This document shows, in pieces, positions 35,414-44,664 of a stretch of 64,000 bases of DNA (its first letter is position 1; each line of letters starts with the position of its first letter). Position numbers and translations under genes: made by a program. The stretch covers positions 124,001-188,000 of the forward strand of contig AP026164.1 of the NCBI GenBank assembly GCA_030295235.1, read 5' to 3'. The notes beneath the pieces were generated by a model. The model was not told where the DNA came from, made no database searches, and was given only the letters and a program-made list of their open reading frames with translations. The stretch comes from Fistulifera solaris. Taxonomy: Eukaryota.

Positions 35414-35640
35414 AAAACACACAACATGCCCACATTTTCTGGAGAAGAGAAGAACGACGTTCCCGCATTTTGTGGAACCGTAAAAAACCAAATACCTACA
35501 TTTTCTGGTAACGTCAAAACCACCTACCGGTACCCACATTTTCTGGTACCTACCAGGTACGTCAAAAACAACATATCCATATTTTCTGGTAGCGTCATAA
35601 ACCGCCTGCCCACATTTTCTGGACACGTGAAAAACCAAGA
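35414..35640. repeat. Minisatellite, ~33-bp period, core CCCACATTTTCTGG (6 copies)
   Basis: Cores at 35429, 35462, 35495, 35533, 35576 and 35609 (spacings 33, 33, 38, 43, 33); linkers share a CGT..AAAA pattern. Confidence 0.9.
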
Positions 35641-35641
35641 T

Positions 35642-35997
35642 AGGTCCAGAATTTCTGGACCATTTGGTGGTCATACAAGAATTCTGTGACAGGTCCAGAA
35701 ATTCTCGACCATTTGGTGGTCATACAGGAACTCTGTGACAGGTCCAGAAATTCTGGACCAGCTGTTCGTGATACAGGAATTCTGTGACAGGTCCAGAAAG
35801 TCTGGACCATTTGGTGGTCATACAGGAACTCTGTGACAGGTCCAGAAATTCTGGACCGCTTGGTGGTCATACAGGAATTCTGTAACAGGTCCAGAAAGTC
35901 TGGACCATTTGGTGGTCATACAGGAATTCTGTGACAGGTCCAGAAATTCTCGACCATTTGGTGGTCATACAGGAATTCTGTGGCAGGTCCAGAAATT
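35642..35997. repeat. 49-bp tandem repeat, 7 full units + partial, palindromic core GGTCCAGAAwTTCTGGACC
   Basis: Units start at 35642, 35691, 35740, 35789, 35838, 35887, 35936 and 35985; consensus aggtccagaaattctggaccatttggtggtcatacaggaattctgtgac. Confidence 0.97.
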
Positions 35998-36213
35998 AAA
36001 AACACCACGTGCCCAGATCGCGGCTCTCCTCCGCCATCAAAACTTGCATCATCGATTTCTCGAAAGCAAGGTTTCATTTCCATATTAATTTGAATGATCA
36101 TTAGCATCGTTGTTGATGGTTCCCTAGCCAAAATAGAAAAAAATCAACAAAAAGCAAATACAACTCTTTCCTTCTTATCAAAGCACCTGTCACTAAGTGA
36201 GCGCTGACAAACG

Positions 36214-37452
36214 ATGACGTTTAGCATTTTCTACAAAAAGGAAAGTTTGGTTCGCTTCATTATGGCGTCCTTGTCTGCTAGCATTTTTCTTGGTCGTCAT
36301 GGCGCTGCAAGAGCGTTTCTAGCTGCCCCAACATTCACCTCTGTTCTTCGTGGTGGATCGCAATTCTCGGCCCTGCACGTACAGCAGCAACGGTATAAAA
36401 CCGCAACAACAATATATTCGACGGCGCACGCTCAACCTGAACTATTGAAGGCTCTCATTGCGCCAAAACTGACACAGAAATCATTCGGCGGCCTCAGCTA
36501 CATGGACACTCGATCCACGACGAGTAAAGAATTCTTCAGAGTATTGTTTGTATTAGGAGGCCCCGGTGCTGGCAAAGGAACCCAGAGTGCATTGATGGAG
36601 GAACATTATCCTACGGTGCATTTATCCGTCGGTGAGCTCTTGCGAAACGAGCAAACAAAGGAGCACTCTCCCTTTCGAGAAATGATACAAAAATATTTGG
36701 TGGCTGGGCAAATAGTACCAGTAGAAATAAGTCTATCACTCTTACAGCACGCCATGAGAGAGAAGGAACAACAGCAAGGACGACAGCTCATCTTTTTGGT
36801 AGATGGTTTTCCACGAAATTATGATAATTTGAATGGTTGGTGCGATGTTATGAGCGATGTAGCCGTTCTATGGGGAGTTTTGGTCTATCAGTGCCCGCTG
36901 AACGTGCTTGAAGAACGAATCTTGAAGCGAGCGAAAGACTCGGGACGATCGGATGACAATTTAGAGAGCTTGCGAAAGCGATTTCAAACATTCGTTGGCG
37001 AAACAATTCCCATTGTTGAAACGCTACGAGATGCCTCAACAAAAACAACTGCACACGATTCTCAATGGTCTGTTACTGATATCAGTGGCGATCAGCCGTT
37101 GCAAGACGTTTGGCTAGCAACCCAGGGGGTGCTGAATCAACTTATTTTGCATGATGTTGTCACAGCGAACGTAGCTCTCCTAGAGTCGATTGAGAATGAC
37201 GACGTAACGACCTACCAAAGCCTTTGCGATCAACTTTGGTTTGAAGGAAAAGAAGCTGCTGAGGTCATGCAAGCACAAGAAGGAAAATCCCAAATGATTG
37301 TGCGCGATGCGCAGCTGGATGTCATATCCGGTCGTCATGTTGCTCTAAGCTATCGTCGGACCTTTGAAGGTGTTGATGTTCGTGAGAAGCGAATCTGGAT
37401 GCATCAGGGGATTTATGGATGGAGAAACGTTCATTTTTCAAGAACTCCGTGA
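36214..37452 (+). CDS. UMP-CMP kinase (adenylate kinase family) with organellar presequence and C-terminal NTF2/CaMKII-hub-like domain
   Basis: FVLGGPGAGKGTQ, HLSVGELLR, GQIVP, LVDGFPR, GRSDDN..LRKRF; extra ~100 aa ending EKRIW..GWRNVHFSR. Confidence 0.88.
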   Translation: MTFSIFYKKESLVRFIMASLSASIFLGRHGAARAFLAAPTFTSVLRGGSQFSALHVQQQRYKTATTIYSTAHAQPELLKALIAPKLTQKSFGGLSYMDTRSTTSKEFFRVLFVLGGPGAGKGTQSALMEEHYPTVHLSVGELLRNEQTKEHSPFREMIQKYLVAGQIVPVEISLSLLQHAMREKEQQQGRQLIFLVDGFPRNYDNLNGWCDVMSDVAVLWGVLVYQCPLNVLEERILKRAKDSGRSDDNLESLRKRFQTFVGETIPIVETLRDASTKTTAHDSQWSVTDISGDQPLQDVWLATQGVLNQLILHDVVTANVALLESIENDDVTTYQSLCDQLWFEGKEAAEVMQAQEGKSQMIVRDAQLDVISGRHVALSYRRTFEGVDVREKRIWMHQGIYGWRNVHFSRTP

Positions 37453-37499
37453 CTGCAGCATAGATAATACCCTTACATTGCTATATCTGAGCTTTCACG

Positions 37500-38764
37500 T
37501 TAAACCCAATTTCTCAACTTTCTTGAGGTTTTTCCACTATCAGTTTCAATAGGAGTTTCCTCTAGTATTCGCAACACCGTAATGGCCCTCAACTCGTGAA
37601 TACCGCCCTTTCCCTTGAGTTGCCGTAGAACGGGCTGAACATTGGTGTAGGAACGCAAACGCTCGACGCATTTTGCGCCGTGTTGAGCCAGATGAACAAG
37701 GATCATAAGTGACGACGTCTCCAACGAATCTTGTCGCCAAAATCCCAAGTCCGAATTAGTTTGCAAGGATACTTCGAGGCACTGGATAGCCGCGGAGGGA
37801 AACATGGTTTCATTGGCCACAACAACAGCATTTTCTTTCAACGCTGACAGATGACGCATGAGACAAAGAGACCACCGGACAGCTTCTCGTTCTACGGATA
37901 ATACATCCGACGCGTGATCGAGATTGATAACAAATGGCAAACAGTCTCGGGTCAGAGATTCGATGGTACGCAGTAAGGACATCGTCTTTTTCAAGTATGT
38001 TTCCGAATGAGTCTCCGGCTTTCGTTGTGACGGAACGTATCGAAATAGAATTGGTTTGGCTTCGGGTAAAAGTGACAAGTTGAATAGACAGACAACGGCT
38101 AAATAGCATTCGGATACCCGCGCGCGGATCGTTTCCAGAAAAGCCGATACTAAAGAATGACCTTGGTCTCCCAACAGAATAGCCGCTTTGTTTTCCATGG
38201 GAATACATAGATTGTTGATTAGTAATAAGGCTTGCCTTCTATCGATGCTGGACCCTGTGGGTGCTAATGACGGAAGTATGGCACCTATCAAATCGTATTT
38301 CGTCGTACATACCGCGGCGACCCTGTGATAGGACCGATGCATGCTGTTGTGAGATACAATCAGACTCGCCCTTCAATTTATTCATTTCCTCAGATCAAAG
38401 CTTACCGATTTGCCTCGTGTTCTCGGTCAGTGAGTCTATATATTCTTTGTAAAGCGACCGTTCTCCCTCTACCTTCACTTCGTAACGGACCCAAGAGAGT
38501 CTTGATGGTGACCGAAATCGGTGTCGGTTCGAACCACGAGTCGTCAACAATGACGCAAGAGCTCGTAGTGTCGGAGTGGGGAGTTAAACATAATGCAGGA
38601 TTCATACGAGAAATAAGAGTCCCTACAAAGGAATTATCCGAGGAGAAGCCAGCAGTCATACTTTTGACGCTCTCCAAGGCGTCTTCCAACATGCTGTTTT
38701 CATCCTCATTGCTCTCTGTTGCAGAAGACGTGCGGTCGATTGTCTCGGGTGTCATTACTATCAT
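37500..38764 (-). CDS. Hypothetical helical-repeat (ARM-like) protein; intron 38344-38405
   Basis: A 62-bp GTAAG..CAG intron joins ORFs 38402-38800 and 37500-38342 in frame; ARM-like ALLLINNLC..ENK, AVVCLFNLS, LMRHLS..ENA. Confidence 0.65.
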
Positions 38765-39111
38765 TCTTTTATTGCTGCACTGAGTGATATTTCTTTTCAA
38801 TACAGCCCCGTTTGCTTTTCGTTTGGTCGCGCTCTCTCACAAAAAAGAGGTGCAGTGCGTCGCATCGCTGTTTTTTCGATCCGCGCACAAAGCGCGGACG
38901 GCCAAGCTTACTTAATAATTCAGAGTTCCATTTATTTAGCTGTTTTCCGTCCGTTGAGCCTCGGAGGGAAGTTGAATGGTAAATATTTTGGAGTCTCACC
39001 TTTTTCTCATTATTTGCACGCCTTGTTCAGGAGTGAGCGTCTTCGGATCAAGAGAAAAGGAAAGCAACAAAGTGATAGCCCTGTTAGGCTAGAACACGGA
39101 AAGGAGAAATC

Positions 39112-41694
39112 ATGATTGAACTTGCAGTCTCGCGAATACGAAAAATACGAAAACTGGAGGACACTATTTCGGTGACAAAACAAGAAAGCATCAACAACTT
39201 TACCGTTGTTTGTGAAAGTGAACTCGCTTTGTATGACGATTGGGGAGGTTTGACACAAACTCATTACGCTGAATTCCTTGCTCAATACTGTCAAACGAGC
39301 CCCGGAAATACCTGTCAGCCGCAAATATCCAATTTTTGGAATATCGACCTCCAATTCCAGAAAACGTTCTTATCACCCGGCTGTCCTCAAGATGCCGAAC
39401 AGAATGAACAGTGCATCGATTATTTGCTACAAAACAATCCGCAAACACTCTTATATGCCGGAAATTTGACGCAATTGTGTGCATTGACTGGAAGTCTGTT
39501 AATCACAACCGGTTTGATGCAGTTCCCGGATATGGAGGGCGATGTCGAACAAGAAGGGAGAGACACCGGCAATGCACCCAACACCACCTTGACCACAGCA
39601 TTGACAGCAACTCCAGTGCCTTCGGTTGCGCCTACAATGATCAGGTCAAAGTCTCCGATTGCGGAGACGAGCGAGAAAATTGACGAAAACAACCTGTCGA
39701 GTCGATTGCTGATGCACTTTGGGATTGTCTTGGTCATCTTTGGTTTATGCTTGGGAATGATGTTTGCGTATATCAGAAGATTGCGACACAAAAAGAGAAA
39801 GAACGTTGTTGTTCAAAGCGAGAAAAATTCAGTGCGTAACGAAAACAGACCCCGAATACCTCGGACGTCCACTTTGGTTACAAATGATGGCTCTCCTCAC
39901 AGTACTGATCGCAATTCAGAAAGTGGCAGGATAAAAAGAGAGGCACCCAGGTCCGCTCCGATTACAAGAATGGAATCACGAATGGAGCATGAAATGAATA
40001 GCATCAAGACGCCTCTGCCTTACTGTTCGGCTGGAGACAGTAACCTCTCTCGTGTCCCTAGCTGCAGTCCTGTTTCGGACCCTCGCGGGCTTTCTTCGAC
40101 TCATGTAATCTCGAAGAGCACCTCGTTGGAAAGTTTTAAGTGCGCTACAGTGCAAAACAACACATCAGGAGAGTCCAAACTGTCAAGGGACGACGAAGAG
40201 TTTTCGCATACTGTCACTGAGCATGAAAATACAGCTATGCACGTTGCAGCCGAAGGTCCTTGGATTGTCGAATGCACAAACGAAGAAGAACATTTGACCC
40301 TTTCAATGCTGCGCAACAAAGTGAGTTCAACAAGCACGTATGAACACTGTCAAGTCATTGAAATGAATGAAGATGAAACGTGCGATACAAGCAAGAGTAT
40401 GGTAGCTTGCCCCAATTCGATGGATGAAGACAATCTTCAAGAAGCACAAAACCTTATCAGTTTGGGCGTATTGTTACAATCAACAGAGACGTTCAACAGT
40501 TCCATCCAGAACAGACAGGGTTGCGGTGCAGTAACAACAGAGTCTCCCGCTATTTGTGAGCTTGTCGACCTAACAAATGATACGTCGTCATTTGAAGGCG
40601 AATTCATACAACCGACTACCACCTCTGGCAAACCGGAGTTTGATTATTCGCCAAAACATGAAGATAGTATGTCGATAGTGTCAGTGCGATGGCAAGAAGA
40701 GCCGACCTGTCGCTTTATTGGTGCAAGTGTTCTGGTTGAAGAGGTGGAGAAGGCTACTACAGCTTCCACGAGTGTGTGCAAGCAGCCACACCAATTCTTG
40801 TACAAGTCGAGTGTTGAAAGTAAAGGCTGCAATAACTTATCGACGATAGTAGCAGGCAAAAGCGACGAAATCATATGCGACAATGTACATCGGAAAGGTA
40901 AAGTTGAAGAGATGCGTCATAAAGCAAGCCGAACCAGTGTCGACCCACCCGATAATGATGTCGTGATAGGGTGTAACGGTGCAAGGATCCGTATTCAAGC
41001 CAGATGCCCTGTATCACATCAAGCAGATCTGCCGGAGAATTCTGACTCGGATGACAATTCTACGGACATGATTTCGCGTAACAGCCCGCTGAGTGTTGAA
41101 AGTGCAAAGATAGAGCGGCATCCAGCATTTGACGAGCCCGCAATATTGGATAACGGTCACGCACTGGGCTTTACAAGATCGCAGCTTTTAGAAGCAAATT
41201 TAGCAATGTATTCCGCTTGTGATCGAAACGAACAATCAATCATGGATTGCTTAGGAGGAAACAGCCAGTCATGGCTACCTCAAATATCCATTGACGACCA
41301 AACAGTAATTGATGGTATCTCGGAAACCAGTTCGCATTCGATTGCCCACGTTCATGCATTCACCGACGAACCTTTTTCCCAGCATCCGCACCTTGATAAT
41401 ATATCCCTGAAAATACAAGCGTGTTACAGCGATCTATCCATGGAAGAACTGTTTGACAAGCCACGAGTAAAGGCAAAGAGTTGGGCTGATGGAATATCCT
41501 TGGACAATTCCTCACATAGCGCCGAATGGTCAATGGAGAGCTCCATTCGACAGACCTTTTTTTCGTTCAAACACAATATCAGCCACGCCATCGCCGATTT
41601 GAATAACACCACAGTCGAGACGACTTCACTCTTGGGGGTGACTGAGATAGAGAAGAAAAGCACGCCGCATGATAATTGCAGTATAGATCCATAA
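39112..41694 (+). CDS. Single-pass membrane protein: 6-Cys ectodomain, T/P-rich stalk, TM, long disordered tail
   Basis: 860-aa ORF; TM LLMHFGIVLVIFGLCLGMMFAYI followed by RRLRHKKRK; ectodomain paralogous to the next gene. The true start may lie upstream (ATG 38976 in another frame). Confidence 0.75.
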   Translation: MIELAVSRIRKIRKLEDTISVTKQESINNFTVVCESELALYDDWGGLTQTHYAEFLAQYCQTSPGNTCQPQISNFWNIDLQFQKTFLSPGCPQDAEQNEQCIDYLLQNNPQTLLYAGNLTQLCALTGSLLITTGLMQFPDMEGDVEQEGRDTGNAPNTTLTTALTATPVPSVAPTMIRSKSPIAETSEKIDENNLSSRLLMHFGIVLVIFGLCLGMMFAYIRRLRHKKRKNVVVQSEKNSVRNENRPRIPRTSTLVTNDGSPHSTDRNSESGRIKREAPRSAPITRMESRMEHEMNSIKTPLPYCSAGDSNLSRVPSCSPVSDPRGLSSTHVISKSTSLESFKCATVQNNTSGESKLSRDDEEFSHTVTEHENTAMHVAAEGPWIVECTNEEEHLTLSMLRNKVSSTSTYEHCQVIEMNEDETCDTSKSMVACPNSMDEDNLQEAQNLISLGVLLQSTETFNSSIQNRQGCGAVTTESPAICELVDLTNDTSSFEGEFIQPTTTSGKPEFDYSPKHEDSMSIVSVRWQEEPTCRFIGASVLVEEVEKATTASTSVCKQPHQFLYKSSVESKGCNNLSTIVAGKSDEIICDNVHRKGKVEEMRHKASRTSVDPPDNDVVIGCNGARIRIQARCPVSHQADLPENSDSDDNSTDMISRNSPLSVESAKIERHPAFDEPAILDNGHALGFTRSQLLEANLAMYSACDRNEQSIMDCLGGNSQSWLPQISIDDQTVIDGISETSSHSIAHVHAFTDEPFSQHPHLDNISLKIQACYSDLSMEELFDKPRVKAKSWADGISLDNSSHSAEWSMESSIRQTFFSFKHNISHAIADLNNTTVETTSLLGVTEIEKKSTPHDNCSIDP

Positions 41695-42475
41695 TTTACC
41701 GTGCAAAAATACGTCTGGTTGGCATGATTCTCTGGTTCGGCACTTCATGGAATTCCCGTGACCCGTAAGAAAATTTCCACGCAGAGCAAATCGTGTAGTT
41801 ACTGTAAATATTTAGTTTTATACATACATTAGCTTTAGTCTTTGAAGAAGTTCTCGTCAATATCATTGGCTCTTGCATCTATTCGTCACAAGTACCTCTT
41901 TGACAAAGAGCAATCGCCATTCAAACGACAAACGTATCTTGACTTGCATTCAATGCGTCCGACACTTGTGACGCAGTATCCCGGTATCTTTCGTGATCAG
42001 CTGTTTTTCACTGAATGAGGAATCAATGAACAAAATGAATTGTAGGAAAGGAATGAGAACCACTCTACGTCTTCGTCGGCAGCGAACTAAATAATAGCCA
42101 TAAGAGGCTGCCGCATTGAAAAGAGTGCAGCCATACCCGTTATAGCCTTACGGATGCTTACCCCTTCAAAGTACGAATATTGCTTGTGCCATTATTGACA
42201 TCGTTCAACTTTCTGTTGCACTTGAAATCGTTTTCACGAAAAAGTGAAGCAGAATGCAAATGAATGCATGGCTTACCGGTACCCATTGACACTATGGGGT
42301 TGTGGAGGCACGATTCGAACATAGACACATTGATACCGTTGTAGCCGAAATTTGAAATTTTGATTCGCAACCGTTCCGCGAATTTTTTCGTGGCCCACAT
42401 TTTCTAGTTGCAAACGACAATCCGCTAACGATCATCATGATAATACCTTGCGCCAGCCAAACAATAACGACGAAC

Positions 42476-44531
42476 ATGATTCTGATCCGTATATTCATTT
42501 TTAGTCCTTCAATTTTTCTTCAGCTTCCAATTCACTCTCTGGCATCATCAGTTGCTACTCAGAGTCGATTGAGACGCACCGCGGCCTCGACTTGGAGACA
42601 AGCTATAACTAGCCACAATAGCTATAGCACTGACGAAGAGTTCCTGACTAGTTGTCAAGCAGAACTGACATTAGCTGCAGAAAGCGATGTTTTATCACAT
42701 GATGATTATGCCGCATTCCTTGGTCAATATTGTCAATCCGATCCGGGTTGGGCTTGTTCGTATGATACGTCGTACTTCTGGAGATTAGATCCTCGACTGC
42801 AGAGAGCTTTTATATCTGATAGCTGTTCTGGAGACGCTTTTCACCAAGAAGAATGCTTGGAATACTTTGCAGAGCACCCTGAACAACCTTTCGGATACTC
42901 TGGGGAAATCGAGAAATTGTGCAGCTCGGTCAAGGAATTGTTGGTGCCAACCGGGCTGGTACGGGAGATAGCCTCATTCAGCAATGAAGACTCAAGCTTT
43001 GAAAGCGAAACACGGAGTCAAGAACTCGCACAGTCACAAGCTCATGCAGTAGACGAATATTCAGGGAAGTATTGGGGATCAAAAAGGAGTGGAAAGCGAG
43101 GCAAGAGTAATGGAAATGACTTTTCCAACGTAGACGACGAAGAAGACGAAGAATTAGTAAACGACAAAGAAAAGAAAGGAAGAGATGGCAATGGGAAGAA
43201 AGACGGCGATGGTGAAAATGATAATGAATCAATAGGCGGAGGACAAATTGAAGAAGACAAGGAAGGTCAACAAAGTGCCGCAAACAGTTCTTCAAATGTT
43301 GCAAAAGAAACGAACGGTACAATCACAACAGGAGACCAGGATGTTCCAGCTTCTGTAGATGGCTCTGAAGGGTCTCTTCAGGTCGCGACCTCCTCCAATG
43401 CAACGGTGCCTTCAATGGGACTCAATGAATTAAACAGCAACGAGCCGATAACAGAGCATCCGAGTGATATGAATGAAGAATTACAAAACGCACAAGAGGG
43501 GGTAAGTCATAACGGTCACCCCCAGGCAGTACCACCTAGATCAAAAGCGGAAGAAAATTTAGGCTCAAGCAAATACGATGAAAACATAGTGACCAGTGAA
43601 AATGAAGAAGACAAAGTCAGAAATCTCGTTCTTGCGATAACTGGAAGCTGTGCATTCGTTCTCATTCTTGGAATTGCGCATGGGTCTAGAATACGTCTGC
43701 ATCAGGGAAATAAAGAGGCATCATTAAGACACTATGACTGCTTTGCAGAAGATGAAAAATTATCTTTGCCGTCTAGTGAAAATGGCATATTTCAGTTATC
43801 GGATGGCAGTACACTTGAGGCAGCCCTGTCGTTTATCGACAGCAGAACGAAGAAAGAGCATTTACCTACAACACAACAACGAGCTCGTATATCATCTTAT
43901 TTCTCTCGATTGATACATCTTGTCAAAAGAGATGCGACCGCGGCTTCCGATTTCGATAGTGTTCATGCTAGATGTGAAGATCTGTCGGTTGAAGCAATCA
44001 ATGATGAATTGCCCTTGGGAGAGGGAAGCCGTGGTAGATGAGAAAGGTTGGCAAAAGCGACTCGAAATTGCTGGTTTTTCGCATAAGTATAAAAGGACTG
44101 AAATGCTCGGCGCAGGCAAAACGATCAACCGCATCCTAAGACAAATAGAAGAATCACCTTGTGAGTCTGAGATTTCTGCAGAAGAAAGCTCAATTAGCGT
44201 ATACACGAAGTCTACTTGCGACGATTTAGTCAACGAAGAGCGAATCGAGCGATTCAAGGAATTCGACGACAGCCTTACCACGGGTCTTTTGAAGCTTACT
44301 GCCCAGATGAGCGCTTCTCGTAGTCAATCAAAGCTTGTTCCTAATGATTCCGCATCCAACGATGCATCCTCTTTTAGGAGCTGGAGAGACTGTTTCGAAA
44401 CGAGAGCAGGTAACGAATTTGTCTACCGCGGGGGAGCTGGATCATCCGGCCCTGACTCGTCGACGGCATCGGAAATAGAATCCACTTGCTCTTCCATCAC
44501 AGAGACCATGCAAGCGGAAGCGATAGAATGA
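42476..44531 (+). CDS. Single-pass membrane protein, paralogue of 39112-41694; 1 apparent frameshift ~44015
   Basis: Signal peptide, RLRR, the same 6-Cys domain, acidic linker, TM LVLAITGSCAFVLILGIA; continues into ORF 43920-44531. Confidence 0.75.
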
Positions 44532-44664
44532 TGAGACTCATCTTTGTCTAAAGATGCGACATATAATGATCGTAGCACTACCAAAACACTCATAGCAGTA
44601 AAATTTGGCAAAATTGCCTTACTTTCTTTTATGAAAAACAATAACTAATAAAAACAGCTCTATT

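Noticed and set aside
35399..35870. ORFs 35399-35674, 35405-35689 and 35595-35870, and similarly 62898-63171
   Set aside because: They are translations of the minisatellites; the periodic peptides come from the DNA repeat.
35414..35997. CRISPR array (palindromic repeat with spacers)
   Set aside because: The inter-core sequences are near-identical or clearly homologous rather than unique spacers; there are no cas genes and the context is eukaryotic.
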